DNA of 62,108 nucleotides, filler included, from Choristocarpus tenellus KU-1152 (taxonomy: Eukaryota > Protista > Phaeophyceae): NCBI GenBank assembly GCA_964200185.2. It is 8 parts of 8 records of this genome, joined end to end, with 100 filler letters (N's around TTAATTAATTAA, not from the genome) between each part and the next. Parts side by side here need not be neighbours in the genome. Positions count along the whole stretch, not along the records: positions 21,182 to 30,986 come from CAXNAD020003379.1; positions 31,087 to 33,839 come from CAXNAD020025033.1; positions 33,940 to 38,486 come from CAXNAD020014060.1; positions 38,587 to 47,878 come from CAXNAD020003812.1; 4 more parts are not named here. The stretch is one strand, 5' to 3'. Made by a program: the position numbers and the translations under genes. The stretch's first letter is position 1. Every line of letters begins with the position of its first letter. The notes below the pieces were generated by a model. It did not search any database. It worked only from the letters and a program-made list of their open reading frames with translations, and was not told where the DNA came from. Positions 28,003 to 41,676 of the stretch are shown here, piece by piece.

Positions 28003-30639
28003 GATGAGTTAGTGGTGGCGTGTGGAGATCTCTTACCGCTTCACTGGCGGTGCTGCAAAGCTGGGGGGAGGACAACATCAGCTTATAACAGGGCAGGGTA
28101 GGTGGCACAACAATTTAACTAATTGTAAATTTGTGGGAATTGAAGAGAGGCCTGATTCAACCTGGCGAGAAACGGGATAAAGTTGAGAAAAATGTGGGTA
28201 CCATCATACTGCTACAAAACCGCGATATACAATTGCAATAGTTGTTCAGAAACATGCAATGGACACTATTACTGCACTACAATAATTCTATAATACAATT
28301 ATTGCGATTATACTTGGATGCAATGAATGGAAGGGTATTGGTTGTAGAGATATGTCGAAACATGGTCCATGAACAGTCTTACGTTGTCGTCTAACAACCA
28401 ACCCCAACACAAAAAAAATGGGAAAACTTGCACATTTACACTTTTTGGTATTCTCTTGTGGTGTGTTGTTTGTGGTTTGTATTATTGGAAAAAATAGATG
28501 CATTCATTAAATAATAGGCGTGTGTAGCACCTATGATCCAATATTGAGGTCCTCCCATTTCCCATCCCTCACAGCAAACTTCATCAAAATGTTAGTGCGC
28601 GAAAGATGAGTAGAGTTCTATACTATTGATACAATAATAGTATGAAGTGCTGTCATTTCAAGAGACACTAATAAGAGAAGTAAAGCCAGTAGTAGTAGGG
28701 TATCTGTGCTCGAGTCCTCCATCCGCCCATGGTACAACAACAATAATTATAGTAGTACAACATTAGTAGTAATGATATTCAAGTACACATCGGCCTACGA
28801 GAAATGCGCTGATAGGTAAAATTCGCAACAAGACAGATTGAAAAAAGTAGAAGTTTATTACTCCGTATCGTGAGTTGTGTGTGGGAGGGAGAATTAACTT
28901 GCTTTCGAAAAAGAGTAGAGCAAGTGACACTAAGAGAAAAATAATAGTATAGAGATGGTTCCCAAAATTGTTTGCGGGAAAATCGTTTCGGGTTGGTAAA
29001 AGAGTGATGTACCGGACATCATGACCGAGAAAAATTTAATGTGGGGTTGGTTCCCCAAAATTGTACACTACCTTCTTGTTCTGCCCTTACCTTATATTAA
29101 ATACTACTACTGTACTACTGTGGTTGGCGTGTATACCCATACACTAGTACTATGCACAAGAATGGTTTAGACCCCTGTTAATTACTGTATGCACAACCAT
29201 CGAAGGGTCGTGTTTTCATCATTGTTGACAAGTAGGGAAAATAGGTATGCAACCGTGGGTGTACTGTCAAAATCTGAACTGCAACCGTACGGTCAAGCCA
29301 AATAACCGTAACTGCATCGTCAAAAAATCCAACCCTCGACCTGGACATACCTTGAGGAAAAAATAAACCAAAACCATGAGTGTACTCTATTTCTGATGTT
29401 AATACTATGGTATGAGCTGATGCTTTTGAAGAATCGAACCATACTGTCGAAATTCCGTCCATAACCGATTCTAAACGTCGTAAAGGTAACAACGGTCATG
29501 TGACCGTATCAACATATCTGACAGCCATATATTGTCGATATATTTAGGATAAAATAAGCATACAACACGGAAGCACACATAAGCGATAAAGGTTGCTGGG
29601 AGGTTTGGAGAAATCGCATGTGTGACATTTATAAAAGGCCTCCGGAGGTGTGGAAACCTCTGTCTTTGTCTTCTTTCTCGTGTTGTTATTGATTATTTTT
29701 CACTCTACGAAAACTGTTGTTCATGTTCTTTTTTCTGGCATATTGATGCCAGTTCCATGTGGAGCCCTTCTCGTGCATCTAGAAGTATATATGGTCAAGT
29801 ATATCATCCTTCTTCTTCAGGGGCTTAGCAACCTCCATTAATTTTTGGGATTTGATCCCCTTCGATGCTAGGCTTCTTTTCACAAAAATCTGGTTTCGAA
29901 GAAGCTAGTTTCATTGGGCATGCATAATGGGTTGTACGTCTGTAATATCATGTCTACGCTATACCACGAAAACTATGGATCAATATTAGGGTGGAAACTT
30001 TGGGTCAAGCCCAGCAGATGATTCGAGGGAGGAGACGGAACGACCAGACTGAACCCAACGCGCGAAAGGCAAGGGAGGGAGGAATCACAACTAGTTGTAG
30101 GCAACAGCTATTCAGAGTAGTTAGCATGAGAACAAATGGAAGTATGCTGTGACTCTGACATGGGTCGGGATCATCCACAATTAATGTGTGTGACAAATAA
30201 TAATAAATAAATAATATGTGATGACAATAACCCTATAGTGTGTATATTATGTAGGCATGTGAGGAGTACCTCTCGCGTATTTAAGATCGAAAGAAAAAGA
30301 CAAAAAATCATTGCTATTTTACCACCATTATTTGGTTGAGAGGCAGCCCAAGCAGAACCCTTGTTTTGAGATGAGAAAATCACAACAACACAAATGCTCT
30401 CAGGAGAGAGGGTGCAGCCAGATAGCACCTAGTTCCCTTGTTCCCAAACAAGAGAATCGCAACAATGCAAACCCTATGAGACAAGACTGGAAGCTCTCTT
30501 GCTTCCAGACAAGAGAATCATAACCCGATCCCAACACAGTTATGCTCTCAGGCAAAAAGGAAATACAACAGCCAAAGCCTACTAACATATTTCGTCTTAT
30601 GAAACAATAGATTGCAGTCCTCTAACATGTGAGGGACTG

Positions 30640-30950
30640 TTACAGGCGAATAGCGCGAGCATTTCTTCTCATGTTTTAGCAAACACGAACATTTGTGACA
30701 GATGTATAGTGGGAGGATTTTTCCTCGCGTTCTAACAAGTGCGAACAATATACGATATTAGTAACGCATAGGTAGCCTTACAGAATAAATGGCGATTTGA
30801 TAGGAGATGCAGAGTAAGATGTGAACTTCAAACATAACCTTACAGAATAGATGTCAATTCCTGGAAGTTGCAGAATAAAGATTTATGATTGAAGTATCTA
30901 CTTAGCAGTTTGCAGACTTCATTGAACTCTTTGGCTGTAGAAAATTGGTG
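30640..30950 (+). repeat. Dispersed repeat family D
   Basis: Shares blocks with 22390-22640 and 38940-39155. Confidence 0.75.
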
Positions 30951-31610
30951 GATGATGCTAATAGAAGGCTGATGCAGACCCCCACGNNNNNNNNNNNNNN
31001 NNNNNNNNNNNNNNNNNNNNNNNNNNNNNNTTAATTAATTAANNNNNNNNNNNNNNNNNNNNNNNNNNNNNNNNNNNNNNNNNNNNCGACCTCTTTGTAC
31101 TAAATTGTCATTCATGCCCGATATATCGTTTGTTGCGATCTGCCCCCCCCCCCACCCTGTCAGATACGCCATCTGCATTTATCTATTTTCTCGGGAAAGT
31201 TGTTGGACTTGTAATGCATTGCAAGAGAACAACAGGGAGAGAGAGAATAAGGCCACAACAGCCCAGGGCTAAAATATAGTAACAAAAATCTTGCATCACA
31301 TAAAATAGAAGAAAACATCAGCTGTTTCAATTTGCTGCTCATTCATTGTACCCCTTCTCCCCTCGCCACCGCGCGAGATTCTGCACATCACCTGAAGCAA
31401 GAATGGGCGCCGACTCTGGTAAGCATGTTACCGGGAGTTCAACAGACACACGAACAACCTGCTTGAACTACTGGACGAACGAGGCATCATCAACAAAAAC
31501 ACTCCCGTATCCTCTGTTTGCCGTTGGCCAATCATTACTTTGCCAACGTTTGCGCCCGCCCCCCCCCCCCCCCCCCCCCCTCCTTCCCGCCCCCCGTCCC
31601 GATTCTCTTC

Positions 31611-33839
31611 TTACTCCTCTTCATCATCCTCTTCATCCTCCTCTCTATCATACTCTTTATCATCCTCTTCTTCCTCCTCGTCCTCCTCCGCGTTGCTGAC
31701 ATACTCCGGGTCGTCTTCCATGGCAGAATCACTGGCGCCCCTCCATAACTTGCAACCTTTCACCTTTCCACCCGTGCAGGAAGAGGGACACTTGCGCTTT
31801 CTAGTGGTCATTGGCGTCAAGTGCGAGTCCGAATCCAGCACTTCGAACCCACGAGAACGCACTACCGTAACACCCGGGAGCACATTGAATGGTGATCTCG
31901 TGTCATTCTTTGCCCGGGGTTTGCATACCCTCCCGACTACGGGCATGACAAACATCTGCCCGGGGCCAACCTGGGAGAAGGGGAGGAGGACCTGGTGACA
32001 GCTTCCGCTCTGCGGAACTTTTGACGTGAATTCAATGTTGGCGTCTTCTACCTTCTCGGTCCAACGCATGTAGTAGAGAGGGCAATTGGCTGCCACGCGC
32101 AAGTAGAGCTCTGCGCACGGCCCACACACCTCCATTCCAGGCGAAAGCATGTGCTTGAGCTGTCTGTTGTTGACCACATGAAGCAGCCGAATGCACTGTT
32201 CTTCTTGGTCTTCAAGAGAGATCGAACGGAAGGCCTTTGATCGAGAGTTGCACACTTCGAGATCACCCCACGCAGGGATGTGATTTCCGTCGGCTTTGTA
32301 GTCTTTCCCTTCAAGCGGGAATAAGGCCATTTCTGCAGGCTTCGAGGACGAGCTTGCACGTGGCTGAGCATTGCGGAAGATAAAGACAGTGGTGGGGTTG
32401 GGTGGGGTGGAGGGGTGTTGGGGGGGGGGGGCAGAGTTCGGTGATTCATGAATGTTCGTAATTAGGAGGTAATCTCGTCCGAAGGTGGTGGAAAAACGGC
32501 AACCTTATTGTGGCAAACGTTGAACACACTACGGATCCAATATTTACCCGCAAGGCCCATAGTTTTCTATGCGACGTATTTGGGTGCCATATTAGATAGG
32601 TTAGGACTCGGGAATTAAAAAAAAAGTTTATTCTGCGTGCCAAGAGCTTGACTCTGCTGTTCATTCTTCACAAAACATGTAACCTAGTGTCTCCTATACC
32701 ACATTCACCTCGATCTGATAGCCGAAGTCCGTCGCCGCCGTCTTCGCAACGAAAATGGTCGCCTCATCGCGTCCCATTGCCTTTCCCTGAGGATTGACGG
32801 CCTCTTCAAAACATCGCTTGGTCTCCGTTGAGACGAGGGTCTGACCCAAGGCTTCCGGCAGGCAGGAAGGGCCTATCACGCGTTCTTGAACGAGAGACGT
32901 GGATACCTGCAACATCATGTGCGTACATGTGACAGCCCAACCATGTGGCATTGAAGTGGGTTAGCCAAGCGATAAGGTTTTGTCACGTACGTAGGGATTT
33001 TCCGGCGTTGGTTAAAGATGTTGTGGTGTACTGCAGCACGTTTGTTTCTCGTGTGGGGAAGGAGGACATTACGACGTACCGACGCTCACACACAAAGTCT
33101 TGGGGTCTCACGATTACCAGCGGTGGTGTGGGTAACCGCGTACACAGTGTTAGCAACGTGTAAACATCGACAAGGAAATATCACTACAACAATTGCACGC
33201 CCAAGACCTATCCATAGGGAACCAAGACAGACAACAAGTTGGAAAGCAATGGAAAAAAAGCCAGCACACCCTTCTTACCTTCCACTTGCCGTCCTTGTAG
33301 ACTTGGCCGAAGGAGGTGTCCATCTTCTCTTTCACCTCGTCCTTTGACACCGCGTTGGACACGAACACCTCTACCCTCCTGCTCCGTTCAAGGGCCGCCT
33401 CCACCACGTTGTGCTTCTCTGCACTGGAGGGGACGACGGTGTTCCCAGCATTCGTGTACCTATCACAGGAGGGCAGTTCGTCAATTATCCCAAGGAGTAC
33501 ATTGTATTGCGCACGGATTCTTCATATCACAATGTATGAGTAACGTACCGATACAGGGCAACACACTCTTGGTGCGGTTTGACGCTTAACGTACTGATTC
33601 AGGGAAACACACTCATGATTCAGGGAAACACACTCATGGTATGGTTTGACGCCCCTGAACCGTCACCCAGTTCATTGTGTTACTGTTTAACGATCTCCTA
33701 CACCTATACAAAAAACGCTGCTGCTCCTGTGAAGAAGGGTGTGTGTGACGTTATTAACGAACCTGTTAAGGAGGAAGTGGAGGGCCCTCATGGGGATGTC
33801 CGTTGCAGCACCTTGGTACTCGACGTCACACATGATTTG
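31611..33839 (-). CDS. Spliced gene, 5'-truncated (~400 aa): degenerate N4/N6 DNA-methyltransferase-like segment + divergent SET-like domain + acidic tail
   Basis: Exons 33839-33763, 33459-33279, 32906-32709 and 32363-31611 join in frame at GT-AG sites with no internal stops. The gene structure is well supported; domain identities are by-eye motif matches only. Confidence 0.6.
33548..33655 (+). repeat. Short intronic tandem repeat
   Basis: GAT(A/T)CAGGG(C/A)AACACACTC occurs three times; GGTTTGACGC twice. Confidence 0.7.
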
Positions 33840-36545
33840 NNNNNNNNNNNNNNNNNNNNNNNNNNNNNNNNNNNNNNNNNNNNTTAATTAATTAANNNNN
33901 NNNNNNNNNNNNNNNNNNNNNNNNNNNNNNNNNNNNNNNGGTCAAGCCCATCCTCAATGAAAAGCTCCATCCTCAAGTTTTGAAATCGGCTGTTATCTGT
34001 ACCTATTTGAAGAGATAAAAAAAAATGTCGTCAGAGTAATCCTTGTATCCGAAGATTATCAAAAAGATAGCGCATTTCACACTCGCACGACTTAGGTTGC
34101 GACAATGAACAAGGTCAGCCAGTCAGCCAACAACGACTTTTTTCAGGGTCTACATAGTAGTAGTGTGTCTAAAGGGTCAATGCAAAGCTGCAAACGGTGC
34201 TCCATCTAGCCTCCTCGAAAAGACATATCTATCTAAAAAGCTCTCCGCAAATTTCGCAATAATAATAGAAGAAGTGGCATAAGAAAGTTGTGATTTAGGT
34301 TACTTCCTGTACGAATACTGTGATGCATGCATTGGTGTCATGTGTACCTAGAGGATTGCTGCAGTTGCTGTGTGCACAGAACGGAAGTCCTAGGCCATGA
34401 GAAACGGGTCTGCTGACACTACATGTAGATGGCAAATGTGAGGTAAAGCATGATTGAACTCTGACTCTAGTTTTGCACGTCTAGGAGGTAACAATTAACC
34501 TTACAGAAGTACCCACTGGACATGCACTCTCTACGCATGTGTCTATCTGTCCCAGCCCCTTGCGCTGGTAGCCTTCACCTCTTGAAATCTTTTGACAAAA
34601 AAAATGACTGCACTTTCTGGTCTTGTCCTTGAACCTCGCTTGTGATTGAGATCGCAAGAGTTGCTCATTGCACCAGGCTTACTTTGTTCCGATTATTTCA
34701 CTCTTCTCATTGGTGTGCCAATTTTAGTCCACTTTCCTGGCCTACAGAGCTGTTTGACATCAACTACTTCGAAATTCCCACTGAGATAGGTATCACATTG
34801 AAATTTTGGCTATGCTTTGCTGATGTTTTGTACTCCGTACTTTAGTGCAATATTGCTCGACACATTTATTCCAAATTACATACATAATTTGGAACTTCTT
34901 AGACTCGCATAAATTCGTGGACCACACCTTGATAAACTACGTACTAATACTACGAAATGTCACCTCAAAGTCTCTGCCAAAATCAGTTGAAGAAAGGGCT
35001 CGTATATATCCATCATACCATCAGATACAATTTCCTCCCCAAGAATGTATTACCAGGTGAACAAAACTTTTAACCTGAATTCCATGCAGGATTTGTGCAT
35101 ACTACAATAGTCTACCATAGCAAAATCATCACTAGAGGTTGCTCAGCAAAAATTATACTAAGCCCGCTTGTGAAGATAAACACAGTTATACAGGAGTGGT
35201 AGTTTATAGCATGGACAGAACATCATATTCCTGAAACTTGCCTCTACTATCCTCCTAGCACTATTGCTGTGGGTATCCCTTGTCTATGCCGTAAAGTGGG
35301 CATGAATGCTGGCTACGTTTCCATAGAAGTTTCACCTTAAAGCACTAGCACTATTTCTCCGTACTTACCTGGGCACCTTGTGTGAAACAATTCACTTCCA
35401 AGTATATCTTTATTTCTTTATCATACAGTTTGTCGTACTAATCATGGGGCAGGGTACATATCCGCTCGTTCTCTTTCCTTGAAAACACATTTTCTCCTTC
35501 TTCTTGTGGTTTTGTTGACAATCCCAATTGCTCCAGGCCTTTATTACAACTAAAAAAGTGGGTGCTCTTTGTTATCCATCTATTCTACACACTAGAGCTC
35601 TATAATAGTGTTTGGTGAGGTGAACATCTTCCTTGTGCACCTCCTCTTGCCACACAAACCAAAACTCAGCAAACCCCTTTTCCAGGAACATTCACGCACA
35701 CAGAGAAGGAATTTGCTGCAACGATGACAATGTTGACAGCAGTCCTCCACAATCAATACAGATCTAACACCTCTGAGCAGTTGCACACAAGCACTACAGG
35801 ACAACCTGTGCCACAGAGTACTGAGTACCCCAGACTATGGCAGTCACTTCACCGTCACTTCTATCTTAACAGTATGGTCTCAAAAAGCTGGAACTGTAGT
35901 TGCATAAACCAACACAACTCTCCAGGTCCAAATTTTCACACACTTATGCACAAACACGAAAATTGCATCGGAAAATATCCGATCACACGTAGTAAACAGC
36001 AGTGTCATTTACTAGGACTCATAATATTTACTGACCCCACCAATTTATTGTCTTCACCAGCTTCTTCACTGTACTCTTGCCAAAGTTGGGACCCCAATTG
36101 CAATGACGGCAAGTCATGCACAAGGTCATGATAATCGTAAGATGTTTTGGCCCTAATAGACACCTCGATGGTAGTTCTTGTAACCAATGTCAGCACCTCC
36201 CCTCGAACCTTACACCTCTTTCAGGCCAGTCCTCCTTGGAGCTCTTCATGCATCCTTCCCATCTTTGGGGCCAGGGCTATGAAGATACCGGGGAAGCCCC
36301 TGTTCTACTCTATTTCGAAGGAGTGTACCGCGCCAACCGTGCCATCATCTCTGACCCAGCCCACGCTTCCTCTCCCCAACTTCTAGTCCAGATACAGACT
36401 GCAAATTGGGAGTAGGCGGTAAGTGCTTGGGTATGCACATGTAGTCCTTTGGAATGATGGCCACCTAGAGTCAAGTATCAAGGTTATGGGCTTTTCCATC
36501 CAAAACACAATGGTTGACAATGGGTGGAAATCTTCCCTGCTCTTG

Positions 36546-38107
<1,562 letters not shown>

Positions 38108-38466
38108 CTAGCATAATAGGATGTGGGGATAGATACAGTGGGAAATACACAGTCCTCAAACCCTTGTATGTAGCATCACAGTTAGATGCATTATGTGTAG
38201 GTTATTTCTGCCTTGGTGATAGCCATAACAATGCTTGAATCCTTTCCTGTAATTGCTCTGAAAACTTAGGAAACCAATCGCCATGAAAACTATACAGAAT
38301 CTAAATGGTACCAAGTTGTGCTTAAGGTGTACAAGTAATGATTCTCCTCCATCTCAGTGTATAATAGGAACATCGAAGTTACTTCAATAGTACTGTCTAG
38401 ACGGTAATGCAGTCTTTCAAAGAAGGAGTTTGGAGCCTCCAGCATACTGCATCCTTAATGAAATTT

Positions 38467-38486
38467 GACCCGAAGTATCTGGGGGG
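38467..38486. mobile_element. MITE family B TIR running into spacer
   Basis: GACCCGAAGTATCTGGGGGG. Confidence 0.65.
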
Positions 38487-38586
38487 NNNNNNNNNNNNNN
38501 NNNNNNNNNNNNNNNNNNNNNNNNNNNNNNTTAATTAATTAANNNNNNNNNNNNNNNNNNNNNNNNNNNNNNNNNNNNNNNNNNNN

Positions 38587-38625
38587 CCAAATGGACGCGG
38601 CCCTACCCTCTAAGATACTTTGGAT
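38587..38625 (+). mobile_element. MITE family A right end
   Basis: CCAAATGGACGCGGCCCTACCCTCTAAGATACTTTG. Confidence 0.8.
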
Positions 38626-38939
38626 CTGACCTCGTTTGCCTGAATTCACCTTCTTCTCTCATCCCCTTGCTTGGTGTCTTCTTGCGTGTTACAACACGCT
38701 CCAGAAACTTACCTCCACGGGACATATACTTCCAATCCCAAAACCTTTAGATGACGCTACTAGGACACTCCAACGACAAGGGAGTCCAGCGCACGTCTGG
38801 CTAGCTATGAAGGGGACACTTTTCATGGTTGATAACCACATTCGGTGTCAGCCAACACTTTGTTTATTGAACGGTGTCTTGGGTGGTTGCCAAGACATTC
38901 CTTTATATGCATCATCCACCCGATTTCTACAGACTACAA

Positions 38940-39155
38940 GTTGAAAAACATCTGCAAGCTGTTGTATCATTCTCCAATTACATATCTTTTCTCCAACATC
39001 AGCATTCATTCTGTAAGGCTACCTATGCATTACAAATATTACTCTGCATCTTCTAGTAAATCGGAGTTCCTCTTGTAACAATTCTTAGGTGTGTATACTG
39101 CTTGCGCAGGCTAGAAGACGAGAAGAAAAGCTAGCGCTATTCACCTGTAACATGC
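38940..39155 (-). repeat. Dispersed repeat family D, diverged copy
   Basis: ATTCTGTAAGGCTACCTATGC and GCGCTATTCACCTGTAACA match the reverse complement of 30640-30790. Confidence 0.6.
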
Positions 39156-40037
39156 GATTGACATGCGTTTGTATTTTCTATTTGTGTTTGTGGTTTAAGG
39201 GAGTATCATGTAGAGTGCACTCGCACAACATGCTTTTTGATCTGAATGTGTTTAGGTGGTGGGACGGAGGTTGAAAGGACATGACAAGGGAGAGCAGGAG
39301 AGGATAGCAATTAAAACTTGGAGTAGGAGGAGGTTCGTGCAGTTGGCATCAATGTCCCTTGTCCATGTACTTATCGGAGGAAGTGCAAGAAGAAGTTAAT
39401 GGGTTGAGTACCTGTTCCAATGAGGAAGTATTGTTTATGAGATGATGAGAGGTGCATAAAAAATCACATACATCATAATCTCTACTAACCTAACAAATTG
39501 CAGTGCCATCTACACCTAAGTAATAGTATTCCAGCCATGAACCAACAAGCACATCCTGCCCTGGGAAAGTGGAGGAGACAGGCCCCTTTCCTGACACCAA
39601 CAGCACACTTTTTGTCTAACAGTTTTGGCGACGGAATTAGGGGAAAAAATGACAATATGTGCTCCTGAGTGGTCTCATTTCACAAATATACCTTAACGTG
39701 TAAAAAATGAGGCTTGGATAAACCCAGAACAACAATATCTCGATCATTTTCGTATTCCACCCAAAAATTCCTCTCACAAAGCATACTCCTTTCGAACGAG
39801 AAAAGGCTGATGACGTGAAGAACTTGCCCTGGCCAACATTGTGTGGAGGTCAGAAACAGGAATTGACCTTGTGGAAGCACCCCAAACTCATTAAACACAA
39901 CTTACACACAAAAGAACTTGGTACAAATGCAGGTGCCCAACGTTCATATCGATTGGTTCTCCAAAACATCCAAGAGATGCATGGTCTGCTAGCCTTTTGA
40001 ATTCAATCTGGGTCAGCGGAGGTGCACATCATGTGTC

Positions 40038-41000
40038 CACTAGAAAAACCCCTTTTCCCTTTGTTTATTTCAATATTTGTCATCACTGATCACATGGGTC
40101 TGAGGATTACACGACGTAAAAATATTGGAAAAAAAAAATCGGGTCAACATTTTGAGGTGAAATCGGAAATTCCCGTCAAACACACGATATTATTAGATAG
40201 GGAGGGTTATCGACTCTTTCCCTCACACATACACCCGCAAAATGTCAGAAGGCGTAGAAATATATGTTGATCAGATGTGTACACTGCTATGCTTCTAACC
40301 TAGATTAGTCCTACGAACGTGTAGCTTTGTTTTTTCCCTCACACATCTGGAAAATGATAGAGGTCAGAACTAAGCTAGGTTAGGAGGCAAAGACAGGAAG
40401 AGAACGGAGGTTTATTCTGACATGTGAATAGTTTTGGTTGATTTTTCCCCTGACACATCTGTAGAAAATCAGAGGGCAAAATAAAAATTAAACATTGTAA
40501 AAATATACCAAGTAGATAAACATATACTGGATCCCATCGTCGGTTTCTTTCATGGTACCTTATCTTCTGTAATATATATTATTATTCCCTCGGACATTAT
40601 GCAGATGTGTCAAGGGAAAAACCAATGGAAAGTCAATGGAAAGCCAGTTCAAAGATCCCTTTAAATTAAGAGTTTTGTAAAACATGAAAGATCCCTCTCC
40701 AAAATCTATTTACTATTTTACTGCCAGCTATGATACACCACTCCCCTCCTACGCCTCCAACCAAGCTTAGCCGTACACCCATGGGCGAGTGGCTAGGGAA
40801 GCACCCCAAGAATCTGACAGGGCTCTCCTCACCCATCTCCCAGGTGTCTTGTTAGAGATATCCTGGTTGTAAAATAGCGAATAGATTATTTATGTTTTTC
40901 ACATTTATGACAATTAATTGTTACTTCTTCAGTCAGGGATTTCTCTCACATCAAAATAGTTTCCATCGGTTTTTCTCCTCACACGTCCGAAGGAAAAATA
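40038..41000 (+). mobile_element. Possible CACTA/EnSpm-like element end with subterminal repeats
   Basis: Starts CACTAGAAAAACCC. The motif TTTCCC(C)T(C/G)ACACATCTG recurs at ~40217, 40331, 40443 and 40972, and inverted at ~40602. No matching second terminus found. Confidence 0.35.
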
Positions 41001-41305
41001 ATATAATAGAAACACTGTGGTATACGTGGAAACCCCTCTACTAAGAATATAGTGTTTTGCCCAATCGTCGGACGAGAGAGATCGTATTGGTCAGTTGGTT
41101 GGTGTTACTGGACTATCGTCAGGTGAGCTGGACGTACGTATATACTTAGTCGGAGAGAATTGGCGTTATGGTAGATACATATAGTTTGGAAACGGACCTA
41201 ACAAAAGATTTATGAAGAGATACATAGGTCTATACATCGATTGTAAACTGTTGGTGTGTTTGTGGTATCATTAATTTACCCAAGATTTTGTGTGGGTAGA
41301 GATTG

Positions 41306-41630
41306 TGTTACATGTGATATGTTATGATGATGTGGATTTGATAAGGGGAAGTTTATGAATTTGAAGTCATATATTTTGTATTTCTCTATGATTTATCTAC
41401 TATAGTATTTGGTCATTATGATGGGTATTGACTATATAATATACTTCGGTCCCACTTCCTTTTATATGATGATAGCAATGCTTGGTGAATAATAGATCTG
41501 AAAGATCGAGCATACTTGACAGCATGTGTGTGTATCATGGAGTCTTGTACGAGTTTTATGGATTGCATACATCCGTATGGATTGGAGCTGCATATCCCTT
41601 CATGGTAAACTTGCGGACCGTTTTGTAACA
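41306..41630 (+). repeat. 5' LTR
   Basis: TGTTAC...GTAACA; shared blocks TTGGTCATTATG, TTCCTTTTATATGATGAT, TATGGATTG(G/A)AGCTGCATATCCC(T/A)TCATGGTAA. Confidence 0.8.
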
Positions 41631-41676
41631 CGGAGGTCTTACCGAGACTTTGGCGTTGTAACATGGAGGTCCTACC
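41631..41676 (+). promoter_or_regulatory. Primer-binding site, tRNA-Gln-like, tandemly duplicated
   Basis: CGGAGGTCTTACCGAGACTT, then TTGTAACA-TGGAGGTCCTACC. Both are complementary to the typical eukaryotic tRNA-Gln 3' end (...CTCGGTRGRACCTCCA). Confidence 0.65.

Noticed and set aside
31346-31998. Pro/Ser-rich plus-strand ORFs
   Set aside because: Antisense shadows of the acidic tail and a poly-C run.
35361-35372. TACTTACCTGG resembling the U1 snRNA 5' end
   Set aside because: No downstream U1 stem-loops or Sm site; it is the reverse complement of a CAG|GTAAGTA splice donor.
38700-39150. Possible KDZ/Zisupton-like transposase remnant
   Set aside because: Motif similarity is faint and much of the region is explained by non-coding repeat family D.
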